Assembly (NCBI GenBank): GCA_050951585.1
Contig: JBMNJI010000006.1
Coordinates: 364,434-428,433 of the forward strand
Direction of reading: 5' to 3'
DNA: 64,000 bases
Origin: Peptococcia bacterium
GTDB taxonomy: Bacteria; Bacillota; Peptococcia; DRI-13; DTU073
The translations under genes and the position numbers were made by a program. This document shows positions 55,864 to 64,000 of the stretch, one piece after another. The notes beneath the pieces were generated by a model. The model had not been told where the DNA came from, searched no databases, and saw only the letters and a list, made by a program, of their open reading frames with translations. Every line of letters starts with the position of its first letter. Within the stretch, counting starts at the first letter, position 1.

Positions 55864-57999
55864 TCAAATTTGCCCCAACACATTTTTGACGGCTTGAATA
55901 AAAACGTCCAGTAACTCAGGATCAAATTGCGTTCCCTTACATTGCTCGATTTCCTTGATCGCATCGGAAGGCGATAAAACTTTGCGATAGGGACGTTCTG
56001 AAACCATCCCGTCATAAGCATCAGCAAACGCCAGAATACGGCATTCCAACGGAATACTCTTGCCCTTGACCCTGAAGGGATAACCATTGCCATCCCACCA
56101 TTCATGATGTTTCAGAATTAATTCGGCAATTGGCGCTAAATCATCTGAAAACTGGGCAATGCGATAGCCGATCTCACAATGTCTTCTCATTTCCAGGGTT
56201 TCGTCCCAGTTTAACGGCCCCCGTTTAAACAGGATTTCGTCACTAATTCCTACTTTACCGATATCATGGTAATGGGCAAGTTTTTCCAATCTGTCCATTT
56301 GCTCCGGAGCCAAATTTAAGATCTTCCCCATTTCGAGCACTATTGTTTGCACAACATGAATATGCCCTTCCAGCCCAAAATCTTTCTCACTTAATATTCT
56401 CTTCATCGCATTAAGAATCGACAGTTGGGAAATATTCTTATTCTTCATTTTCTCGCCGTACATTTTATTATCCGCTTCCGTGAAAAGATCCTGCGGAGTT
56501 TTTTCCCGTCCTTCACATGAGGCGTAACCGACCGACATATTGATGGGCAGTTCGTTTTTCTGGGCATTATGTCGGCTCATTTCTTCAGACAGGGCATAAC
56601 AAACCTTTTCCAGCATTTCTTCAGTATAGTTTACCAGGATTACGGCAAATTCATCTCCGCCAATTCTGGCAATTTTCCCGTCTTCAGCGAGGACTTTCTT
56701 CAGAATGCCCGCGGCTGTTTTAATTAACATATCTCCGGAAGCATGTCCAAAGGTATCGTTCACAATTTTCAACCCGTCAATATCACTGACAATTACCCCT
56801 AAATGGGCATATTCTTCATTCTCTAAATTCCGGATTTCTTCTTCAAAATACAGCCGATTCCCCAACTCAGTTAAGGCATCATGCTGACTCAAATATTTCA
56901 GCTCACTTTCTACTTTCTTGCTTTCCGTAATATCACGCGCTATACCTTCATAAGCAACGACCCTGCCTACTTCATTGTAGATCGGCATACAACGCTGCTC
57001 CACCCAGATTATCTTGTTTTTCTTGTGATGGATCCGCTGGACAATCGTAATTCCTTCCCTGCCCACCGGTCTCTTTAAACTCTCAAGCTGATATAAATCA
57101 CCAGCCAGCGTAATCTTCTGCAGAAGTTCCGGATCTTTATAAAAATCGTCTACCTCATAACCTGTTAATGCTTCCACCGCTGGACTGATATAGTCATAAC
57201 CGTATTTAGGCCATAAGGAAAGACGGTAAATTACATCCTGGGCATTTTCCGCCAGCAAGCGGAAACGTGATTCACTTTGCTCTAATTCTTTTCTCAAACG
57301 TTGGAAGTAAATGTTTAATAAAGCGATCGAGGCGATCAGGGAAACAACCGCCGTAACAAAATAACCATAAGCCGCCAACTGCATCATCGAACGGGTAAAG
57401 GGATACAAACAAAGATGTACGCTCCAGACAATCAGTGCGCCCCCTCCGAGGGTGCGTCCAATCCCCATCACTTCATCGCTGTCGAAAATATTTAATCCTG
57501 TATAAAAAATACTAATGGCCATAAAAACAGCCGGTAATAATGAAGACAAGATCGGCGGCATATCCAGAAATGTGCCGACACAACACCAAACGATGCCCAA
57601 TATAAAAAAATGTCTCCAGTTCTTCGAAAGGGGCTTATTGATAAAATCAAAAGAACCCATCAATAAATAGTACCCTGATACGGCTAAGGCAACCAGGTCA
57701 ACCATACTATATAACGAAGAGGCGGCAATATCCTCGTCTCCTAACAGAATCATGATAAAATCCGCGCCGGCTTTTACGATTAAAATCAATCCGCTGATAC
57801 ACCATAAGCCGACAAAGCGATCGCGATATTGATAATACAAATATCCGAAAACAAAAAACAATATAACTGAATTGACGATTGTTAAAAACAAAAAGTACGT
57901 ATCCATGGTACAGGTCTCCATTCTCCAAAAATATGCATCTATTAGTAATTTTCTATTTTTATCGGAAAAACCCTTTTTGATATTGTCGTTAAATAACAA
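55864..57999 (-). CDS. membrane sensor protein with PAS, GGDEF and HD-GYP domains
   Basis: 711 aa. About 8 TM segments, RIGGDEFAVIL (GGDEF) and HHEWWDGNGYP (HD-GYP). Confidence 0.85.
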   Translation of the reverse strand: MLFNDNIKKGFSDKNRKLLIDAYFWRMETCTMDTYFLFLTIVNSVILFFVFGYLYYQYRDRFVGLWCISGLILIVKAGADFIMILLGDEDIAASSLYSMVDLVALAVSGYYLLMGSFDFINKPLSKNWRHFFILGIVWCCVGTFLDMPPILSSLLPAVFMAISIFYTGLNIFDSDEVMGIGRTLGGGALIVWSVHLCLYPFTRSMMQLAAYGYFVTAVVSLIASIALLNIYFQRLRKELEQSESRFRLLAENAQDVIYRLSLWPKYGYDYISPAVEALTGYEVDDFYKDPELLQKITLAGDLYQLESLKRPVGREGITIVQRIHHKKNKIIWVEQRCMPIYNEVGRVVAYEGIARDITESKKVESELKYLSQHDALTELGNRLYFEEEIRNLENEEYAHLGVIVSDIDGLKIVNDTFGHASGDMLIKTAAGILKKVLAEDGKIARIGGDEFAVILVNYTEEMLEKVCYALSEEMSRHNAQKNELPINMSVGYASCEGREKTPQDLFTEADNKMYGEKMKNKNISQLSILNAMKRILSEKDFGLEGHIHVVQTIVLEMGKILNLAPEQMDRLEKLAHYHDIGKVGISDEILFKRGPLNWDETLEMRRHCEIGYRIAQFSDDLAPIAELILKHHEWWDGNGYPFRVKGKSIPLECRILAFADAYDGMVSERPYRKVLSPSDAIKEIEQCKGTQFDPELLDVFIQAVKNVLGQI

Positions 58000-58115
58000 A
58001 AAATAAGAAAATCAAGACTTAAGTCCTGATTTTTTCTTTATAAAATATATATTCGCATTATTTATACTATATTGTCAAGTATTTTTTATCATTTTCCTGT
58101 CTATTCTACTTTTCA

Positions 58116-59444
58116 CTACCTTTTACTGGCCAATATCCTACTGCGCTCTCCCGCCTCGAAAAGGATCCTCTCCTCATCCATCGTCAGCATCTGACGATCC
58201 TTCATCACTATTTTCCCGTCCACAATTACTGTTTGCACATCACTGGACTGAGCCGCATAAACAAGATTAGCCACCGGCTGATGTAAAGGCGTTAAATGCG
58301 GTTGGCGCAAATTTAAAAGCAATAAATCGGCTTTTTGCCCAGGGGCTAGCGTCCCTACTTCGCTTAAACCTAATACCTTCGCCCCGTTTTTTGTGGCTAT
58401 CTCCAGCACCACATCCGCTGGCATTACCGTTGGATCATAGGTATTCACCTTATGTAAAAGGGCACACGTTCTCATCTCTTCCAACATGTCCAGATTGTTG
58501 TTACTCGCTGCTCCATCAGTTCCTAAACCCACAATGGCCCCGCGCTGTATTAATTGCGGGACGGGAGCAATCCCACTGGCCAGCTTCATATTGCTTTCCG
58601 GATTATGGGCAATGCCCACATGATGCCGGACCAGAATGTCAATTTCCTCCTCCGCAAGATGCACACAATGGGCGGCTAAGACATGCCTTCCGGTAAAAAA
58701 GCCAATCGAAGCAAGTAATTCTACCGGCCTCTGCCCGTATTGCCTGCTGATATCCGCGACCTCCTGTTCAGTTTCCGCAAGATGAATATGCAAGCCTACC
58801 CCGTGAGCATCTGCTAAGGCCATTACTCTTTGCAGATATTCAGGCGGACAGGTATAAGGCGCATGAGGCCCGAACAGGCAGGTAATCCTGCCCTCTCCCT
58901 TTCCATGCCAGGCACGGACAAACTGCTCGCTTTCCTCAATCGCCAATTCCGCCTTATCACCTGTCCCGACCATCCCACGGGATAAACAGGCGCGAATCCC
59001 CGATTCCAAAGCCACCTGGGCTGTCTCCTCCATATAGAAATACATATCGGCAAAGGTGGTAGTGCCGGATTTAAGCATCTCTAGGACGGCCAGTTGCGCC
59101 CCCCAGTATATGTCATCTGCCTGCAAATGAGCCTCCCGCGGCCAGATTTTTGTTTCGAGCCAAGGCTGAAGAGGCAAATCATCCGCATAACCGCGCAACA
59201 TGGTCATGGCCGCATGAGTATGGCAATTGACGAATCCGGGAATGACCAGACAATCCCGCCCGTCAATGACCGAATAATCACGAAAAGCGGCACCATCCGG
59301 CTGATTCTCTTTTTCCAGGAGCTTCTCCCCGATTGCTTTGATGTAACTTCCTTCGATGATGATGTCCCCTCTAAACCAGGCAGACCCGCCGGGCAAAGAA
59401 GATAAAGGAATAATAAGCGCATCCTTGATGATAATTCCTTTCAT
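58116..59444 (-). CDS. mtaD: amidohydrolase, 5-methylthioadenosine/S-adenosylhomocysteine deaminase type
   Basis: PGFVNCHTHAAM metal motif and overall MtaD-like layout. ATG at 59444 follows GGAGGGAG. Confidence 0.75.
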   Translation of the reverse strand: MKGIIIKDALIIPLSSLPGGSAWFRGDIIIEGSYIKAIGEKLLEKENQPDGAAFRDYSVIDGRDCLVIPGFVNCHTHAAMTMLRGYADDLPLQPWLETKIWPREAHLQADDIYWGAQLAVLEMLKSGTTTFADMYFYMEETAQVALESGIRACLSRGMVGTGDKAELAIEESEQFVRAWHGKGEGRITCLFGPHAPYTCPPEYLQRVMALADAHGVGLHIHLAETEQEVADISRQYGQRPVELLASIGFFTGRHVLAAHCVHLAEEEIDILVRHHVGIAHNPESNMKLASGIAPVPQLIQRGAIVGLGTDGAASNNNLDMLEEMRTCALLHKVNTYDPTVMPADVVLEIATKNGAKVLGLSEVGTLAPGQKADLLLLNLRQPHLTPLHQPVANLVYAAQSSDVQTVIVDGKIVMKDRQMLTMDEERILFEAGERSRILASKR

Positions 59445-59475
59445 GCCCTCTCCCTCCATCTGTAAATAATCTTCG

Positions 59476-60246
59476 TTACTGACAGCAGTTACATCCTTCC
59501 TCCAATGGTACTTCGGCTAAAGTCGTCATAATCAGGCGGGAAATATTCTCACTTAATTGTTGCATCACGTCCACAACCTCGTTATGACAGAGTTTGCTTG
59601 GCGCGATCCCCGCCGCATAATTGGTGACCATCGCTACTGTCGCATAGCAAATTCCTGCTTCCCGTGCCAGGACAACTTCCGGAACATTAGTCATGCCCAC
59701 CACATCACCGCCTAAAATTTGCAGCATTTTTATTTCAGCAGGCGTCTCATAACGCGGCCCCTCCATGCAAACATAGCAACCTTTGGCATGGGTTTTAATC
59801 CCCAACTGAACCGCTTTGTCATACAGGAAAGAACTTAATTGGGGGCAATAGGGAACTGTCACATCGATATGCTGTACTCCCTCAGGACCGCCCTCAAAAA
59901 AAGTACTTTTTCTGACCTTAGTGAAATCGAGAAACTGGTCAAGAATGACAAAATCCAACGGTGCCATCTCTAATTGCAGGGAACCTACCGCGGCGGTAGC
60001 AATGATTCTCTTGACCCCTAGCTCTTTCAGGGCTTGAATATTCGCCCGATAATTAATCAAATGGGGAGGAACCGAATGACCCTTACCGTGTCTGGCTAAA
60101 AATGCCACATCGCGGCCCGCATATGAACCAATTAAGAGATTCGCCTTTCCATAGCGGGTTTCGATCTCCAGATCTCTTGTCTTAACCAGCATATCAGCCT
60201 TATATACTCCCGTTCCGCCAATCACCGCCAGATCTGCCTTCATCAT
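59476..60246 (-). CDS. mtnP: purine nucleoside / S-methyl-5'-thioadenosine (or thioinosine) phosphorylase family protein
   Basis: 256 aa. IGGTGVY N-terminus and VGMTNVPE motif. Paired with the MtaD-like gene. Confidence 0.75.
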   Translation of the reverse strand: MMKADLAVIGGTGVYKADMLVKTRDLEIETRYGKANLLIGSYAGRDVAFLARHGKGHSVPPHLINYRANIQALKELGVKRIIATAAVGSLQLEMAPLDFVILDQFLDFTKVRKSTFFEGGPEGVQHIDVTVPYCPQLSSFLYDKAVQLGIKTHAKGCYVCMEGPRYETPAEIKMLQILGGDVVGMTNVPEVVLAREAGICYATVAMVTNYAAGIAPSKLCHNEVVDVMQQLSENISRLIMTTLAEVPLEEGCNCCQ

Positions 60247-60341
60247 GATATACTCCCCCTCGCATCATCGCATATTTCGTGAAATATTCTCTTCACTTCA
60301 TTACCTCACAGCCAGTACTCTATTTAGTCATTTCTTATACA

Positions 60342-61220
60342 TTAGTCATTAAACAGTGCTTCACTGAATTTTTCCGGAATAAACTCCTTTAAATCATCAA
60401 TCTTTTCACCCATCCCCAGGAACTTGACAGGTAATTTATATTCATTCTGAATCCCCAGGATTACCCCACCCTTAGCCGTCCCATCGGTTTTCGTTAAAAC
60501 TGCACCGGTAACCCCGGTGGCCTCGGAAAACAACCTGGCCTGGGAAAGGGCATTCTGCCCTGTTGTGGCATCGAGCACAAGTAAAACCTCCCGCGGCCCG
60601 CTCGTCGTCTCCCGATCGATAATCCGCCTGACCTTTTTCAATTCTTCCATCAGGTTTGCTTTTGTTTGCAAACGCCCGGCCGTATCGATTAACAAGACAT
60701 CCGCCTTCCGGGATTTGGCCGCTTGCAAGGCGTCAAAAACTACCGCCGCGGGATCAGCGCCCTCGTGATGATGAATCAGTTCCAACCCCGCCCTGTTGCA
60801 CCATACCTCTAATTGTTCGATTGCTGCCGCCCGAAAAGTATCGGCCGCCGCCACCATCACTTTATACCCTTGTTTTTTTAACAGGTATCCTAACTTGCCA
60901 ATGGTTGTTGTCTTCCCGACACCATTCACACCCACCACCAGCACCGGATTTAATTCACCCTTCACCAACTCCAGCCCGTGATTCCCTTCCGACAGGAGCA
61001 GAACGATTTCTTCTTTAAGCACCTGCTGTAAATCTTCGGCCGACAGTTTTTCAGCCTTAACCCTTTGCCGAACCTTCCCGACAAGCTGAACGGCTGTTTC
61101 AACACCAATATCCGCCATGATGAGCGTTTCTTCCAACTCATCATACAATTCCTCATCAATCTGCCCTTTCCCGGATACTACTTCCGCTACCTTCTGAAAC
61201 ATTTTCCCAAAAATGCCCAC
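60342..61220 (-). CDS. ftsY: signal recognition particle receptor FtsY (short form)
   Basis: 292 aa. GVNGVGKTTT and DTAGR motifs. GTG start follows GGGGGA. Confidence 0.9.
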   Translation of the reverse strand: MGIFGKMFQKVAEVVSGKGQIDEELYDELEETLIMADIGVETAVQLVGKVRQRVKAEKLSAEDLQQVLKEEIVLLLSEGNHGLELVKGELNPVLVVGVNGVGKTTTIGKLGYLLKKQGYKVMVAAADTFRAAAIEQLEVWCNRAGLELIHHHEGADPAAVVFDALQAAKSRKADVLLIDTAGRLQTKANLMEELKKVRRIIDRETTSGPREVLLVLDATTGQNALSQARLFSEATGVTGAVLTKTDGTAKGGVILGIQNEYKLPVKFLGMGEKIDDLKEFIPEKFSEALFND

Positions 61221-61244
61221 ATCAGTTCCCCCATTTCTTTATCA

Positions 61245-61278
61245 ATACAAGACCTTTGAAATCATACAAGACCCTTGA
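61245..61278 (+). repeat. two 15-nt direct repeats in the smc-ftsY intergenic region
   Basis: ATACAAGACCTTTGA (61245-61259) and ATACAAGACCCTTGA (61264-61278). An inverted GTCTTG follows at 61283-61288. Confidence 0.6.
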
Positions 61279-61391
61279 TATGTCTTGCGCTTTATCTTCA
61301 TATCAACTAACGATCAACATAAAAAACAACATTATAAAATCAGTAATTATGGTTGGCCCGTAAAAATAACTCCACAGGATTACCCTCTTGC

Positions 61392-64000
61392 TTAACTGGC
61401 GTCCTTTTGGGCATCCTCCAGCTTAACCGAAACAAGACGCGAAACCCCTGTTTCCTCCATCGTAATCCCGTATAAAACATCTGCTGCTTCCATCGTCCCT
61501 TTGCGATGGGAAATAACAATAAACTGCGTCTTTTGCGCAAATTCACGCAATAAAAGCGCAAAGCGATCCACATTAGCCTCATCAAGATGAGACTCGATCT
61601 CATCCAGAACACAGAAAGGGCTTGGATGTACCTGTAGCATAGCCATCAGTAAAGCAATCGCCGTTAAAGCTCTTTCCCCTCCGGAAAGCAACGAAAGGTT
61701 TTGCGGCTTTTTCCCGGGCGGCTGGGCCACAATCTCCACCCCTGTTTCCAGCAGTCGGTCTGGCTCATCCAGGATCAGATCTGCTTTCCCGCCGCCGAAA
61801 AGTTGCGTGAATACAGTTTTAAAGGCTTCGTTGACCCGCTCATAAGTATCTTTAAACCTTTGGGCCATAATTTGGTCCATTTCCCTGATTACAACTTCCA
61901 AACGGGCCTTCGCTTCAGACATATCATTAACCTGATTGCTTAAGAAATCCATTCTCTCTTTGAGCCGATGGTATTCTTCAATAGCCCCCAGATTTACTTC
62001 ACCAAGCTCTTGCAGTTCCACCTTCAAACGGGCAATTTTCTCCATCACTTTTTTCCGGCTGTCCGGTAAAGCGATCTCCAGCGCCTGTGCGGCCAAAACG
62101 GTAAGGCCATACTGTTCGGTAAGCCTGCTTGCGGCCGCTTCCAGCGAGGTCTCCCATTTAGACTGCTGTAATTGCAACTGATGAATTTTCTCTTCCTTTT
62201 CATGCATTAAATAAGCATATTTTTTGATTTCCTGCGCCAGCCCGCCCATTAATTCCTGCACGTTTTGTTTATCTTCTCTTCTTTCTTCCAACTCTGCTTC
62301 CAATTGCCGCAATTGTTTTAAAGAATTAACAATCCCTTCCTCCGCTTCAGCGAACGCCTGGGCCAGCTCTATTTCTTTTTGCCCGCTGTTCTGTACTTCC
62401 TCCGCGATTTCCTGAATCTCCTGCTCAAGTTGCGACAAACGAACCCGATGGTAATTCTCCTCTTTGCGGAAAGCTGCCAATTTTGCCTCCGCCGTCGCCG
62501 CCTCAATCCGCAGTTGGGTCAGTTCCTCATTCTTTTTCAGTTTTTCCTGTTGATGAAGGCGGGATTTTTCCTGTAATTCTTCAAGCTGAGTAAGGCAAGC
62601 TTGTCGTTTTTCGGCCAGTTGCTTTTTTTCCTCACCAAGCTGTTCCACATTCTGCAGAATGCTCTCTTTTTCCAGCGATACTTCGGTGATCTGCGCCTGC
62701 AAATTACCGGCTTCCGTTTCCTGCCGTCCTTTGTCGGCCTGCCACCGGTCTAAAACGGAGCTCACTTCCACCTCACGCAGGCGGAGTCCTTGAATTCTCT
62801 CTTTCACTTCCTCCCATTGCCTGCGTGCATCCTGCACCGCTTCTTCCAGCTCAGCCTCCTTCTGTCGGCCTGCCAAAAGAGATTCGTCCAGATCGTTGAT
62901 TTTTTGCTGCAACTCTTCCATATTTCTTTTGCGCCCGAGGATACTGCTACTCGTCGCTTTTGTACTACCCCCGGTGAGCGAACCGCCCGGATTAACCGTT
63001 TCACCGTCTAAAGTAACCAAACGATACCGAAACCCTGTCTCTTTCCCTTTTTCGACGGCCAGAGCGAGATTCTCCACCAGCCAGGTGCGTCCCAGCAAAA
63101 ATTCCATAATCCCCCGATACCGCTCATCATAATGGACCAAATCGCTGAGCCGGCCAATAACTCCTTTCCCGGAAAGAGGGCCCTCGCTTTTCGACCGTCC
63201 CTCCTCATGAACTGCTTTCTTCGCTGAACCTTTGACCGTATCGAGAGGCAGGAAAGTGACTCTTCCCCCGTTATTCTTTTTCAGCCAGGCAATGGCTTCC
63301 CGGGCAAACTGCTCCTTTTCGGTCACCAGATGCTGCAAAGAACCGCCCAGGACAACCTCAACAGCAGTCTCATAATCACGTGGTACATCAATAATCTGGG
63401 CTACTGTCCCGATAATCCCGCTTAACTGCCCCTTCTCTTTCATTTGCAGTATTTCCCGAACCCCGTGTCCGTAACCCTGCCCTTCCTTCTCCATCTCGGC
63501 AAGCAGTTTATGGCGAGAGGCGAGATTACTCCGTTCTTCTTTCAGCTTTTCATTCTGCCCTTGTTGTCTTTTCAGATCTTCTCTTTTTCGCAAATACTGC
63601 TGATCTTTCTCGACCAATTCTCTTTCCAGGTTGCCCAGCAAAACAGTATTATCTTCGATTTCCTTTTCCAGACCGGCCAGCTTTTCCATTACCTGAGACA
63701 TTTCGGCCTTCATCTGGTTCTCCTTGGTACTAATCTGTTCCTGCTGCCTTTGGATGACCAGCAGGCGCTGTTTTAAACCGGTAATTTCATTCTGCGCTGT
63801 CGTTTCTTTTTGCAAAAGCTCAAAATGCTCGTTTTGCAGTTCTTCGATGCGCGCTCTTTCGGCTTGTTCTTTTTGATTTTCCTCCGCCTGCATCGCCTCA
63901 TATTGTTGCAGCTTCTCTTTCCCCTCGGCTAATTGACTGAGTAAGCCCGCTTCCTGCTCCTGATGCTCAGTCAGTTCCTGTTGAATTCTGCTGATCTCTT
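61392..64000 (-). CDS. smc: chromosome segregation protein SMC, C-terminal ~870 aa (5' end beyond window)
   Basis: Long coiled coil, hinge region, LSGGERALTAIALL signature and FCVLDEIESHLD Walker B. The frame stays open from 63893 to 64000 by my translation. Confidence 0.95.
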   Translation of the reverse strand, partial: EISRIQQELTEHQEQEAGLLSQLAEGKEKLQQYEAMQAEENQKEQAERARIEELQNEHFELLQKETTAQNEITGLKQRLLVIQRQQEQISTKENQMKAEMSQVMEKLAGLEKEIEDNTVLLGNLERELVEKDQQYLRKREDLKRQQGQNEKLKEERSNLASRHKLLAEMEKEGQGYGHGVREILQMKEKGQLSGIIGTVAQIIDVPRDYETAVEVVLGGSLQHLVTEKEQFAREAIAWLKKNNGGRVTFLPLDTVKGSAKKAVHEEGRSKSEGPLSGKGVIGRLSDLVHYDERYRGIMEFLLGRTWLVENLALAVEKGKETGFRYRLVTLDGETVNPGGSLTGGSTKATSSSILGRKRNMEELQQKINDLDESLLAGRQKEAELEEAVQDARRQWEEVKERIQGLRLREVEVSSVLDRWQADKGRQETEAGNLQAQITEVSLEKESILQNVEQLGEEKKQLAEKRQACLTQLEELQEKSRLHQQEKLKKNEELTQLRIEAATAEAKLAAFRKEENYHRVRLSQLEQEIQEIAEEVQNSGQKEIELAQAFAEAEEGIVNSLKQLRQLEAELEERREDKQNVQELMGGLAQEIKKYAYLMHEKEEKIHQLQLQQSKWETSLEAAASRLTEQYGLTVLAAQALEIALPDSRKKVMEKIARLKVELQELGEVNLGAIEEYHRLKERMDFLSNQVNDMSEAKARLEVVIREMDQIMAQRFKDTYERVNEAFKTVFTQLFGGGKADLILDEPDRLLETGVEIVAQPPGKKPQNLSLLSGGERALTAIALLMAMLQVHPSPFCVLDEIESHLDEANVDRFALLLREFAQKTQFIVISHRKGTMEAADVLYGITMEETGVSRLVSVKLEDAQKDAS

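Overview
Chromosomal window from an endospore-forming Firmicute. It looks Clostridia-like because spoIVA and spoIIP are present, but this taxon call is inference from gene content. About 90% is minus-strand core genome in the conserved order smc-ftsY-[insert]-ylxM-ffh-rpsP-KH-ylqD-rimM-trmD-[insert]-rplS-rbgA-rnhB-yraN...comM...dut...spoIIP...der-plsY-gpsA-spoIVA. This is followed by ACT-hom-thrB, tatAC, eight tRNA genes, rubrerythrin, TrpB2, a beta-CASP RNase and yloV-degV. The main accessory feature is an 11.5 kb phage-derived element (9532-21046) integrated into tRNA-Leu(CAG) and bounded by a 59-bp direct repeat. It keeps an intact holin-amidase cassette, a LexA-like repressor, a tyrosine recombinase and a late-gene module with a ~1040 aa protein that I cannot assign to a family. 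It also carries an AT-rich two-gene membrane-protein moron on the opposite strand. I recognise no terminase, portal, capsid or replication gene, and the element shows several decay scars: an in-frame TGA, a probable frameshift and truncated gene ends. Other accessory items are a secreted beta-helix protein with duplicated domains and a near-perfect 138-bp tandem duplication inserted between trmD and rplS, and a GGDEF/HD-GYP plus MtaD/MTAP block inserted between ftsY and ylxM. There is also an ECF sigma/anti-sigma pair, an orphan histidine kinase, and a conserved-looking hypothetical with an RNase HII-like N-terminal motif. I saw no CRISPR array, rRNA or clearly novel multi-gene defence system. 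The strongest candidates for something undescribed are the unassigned late module and the moron inside the prophage remnant. All family calls come from reading the translations by eye, with no database search.
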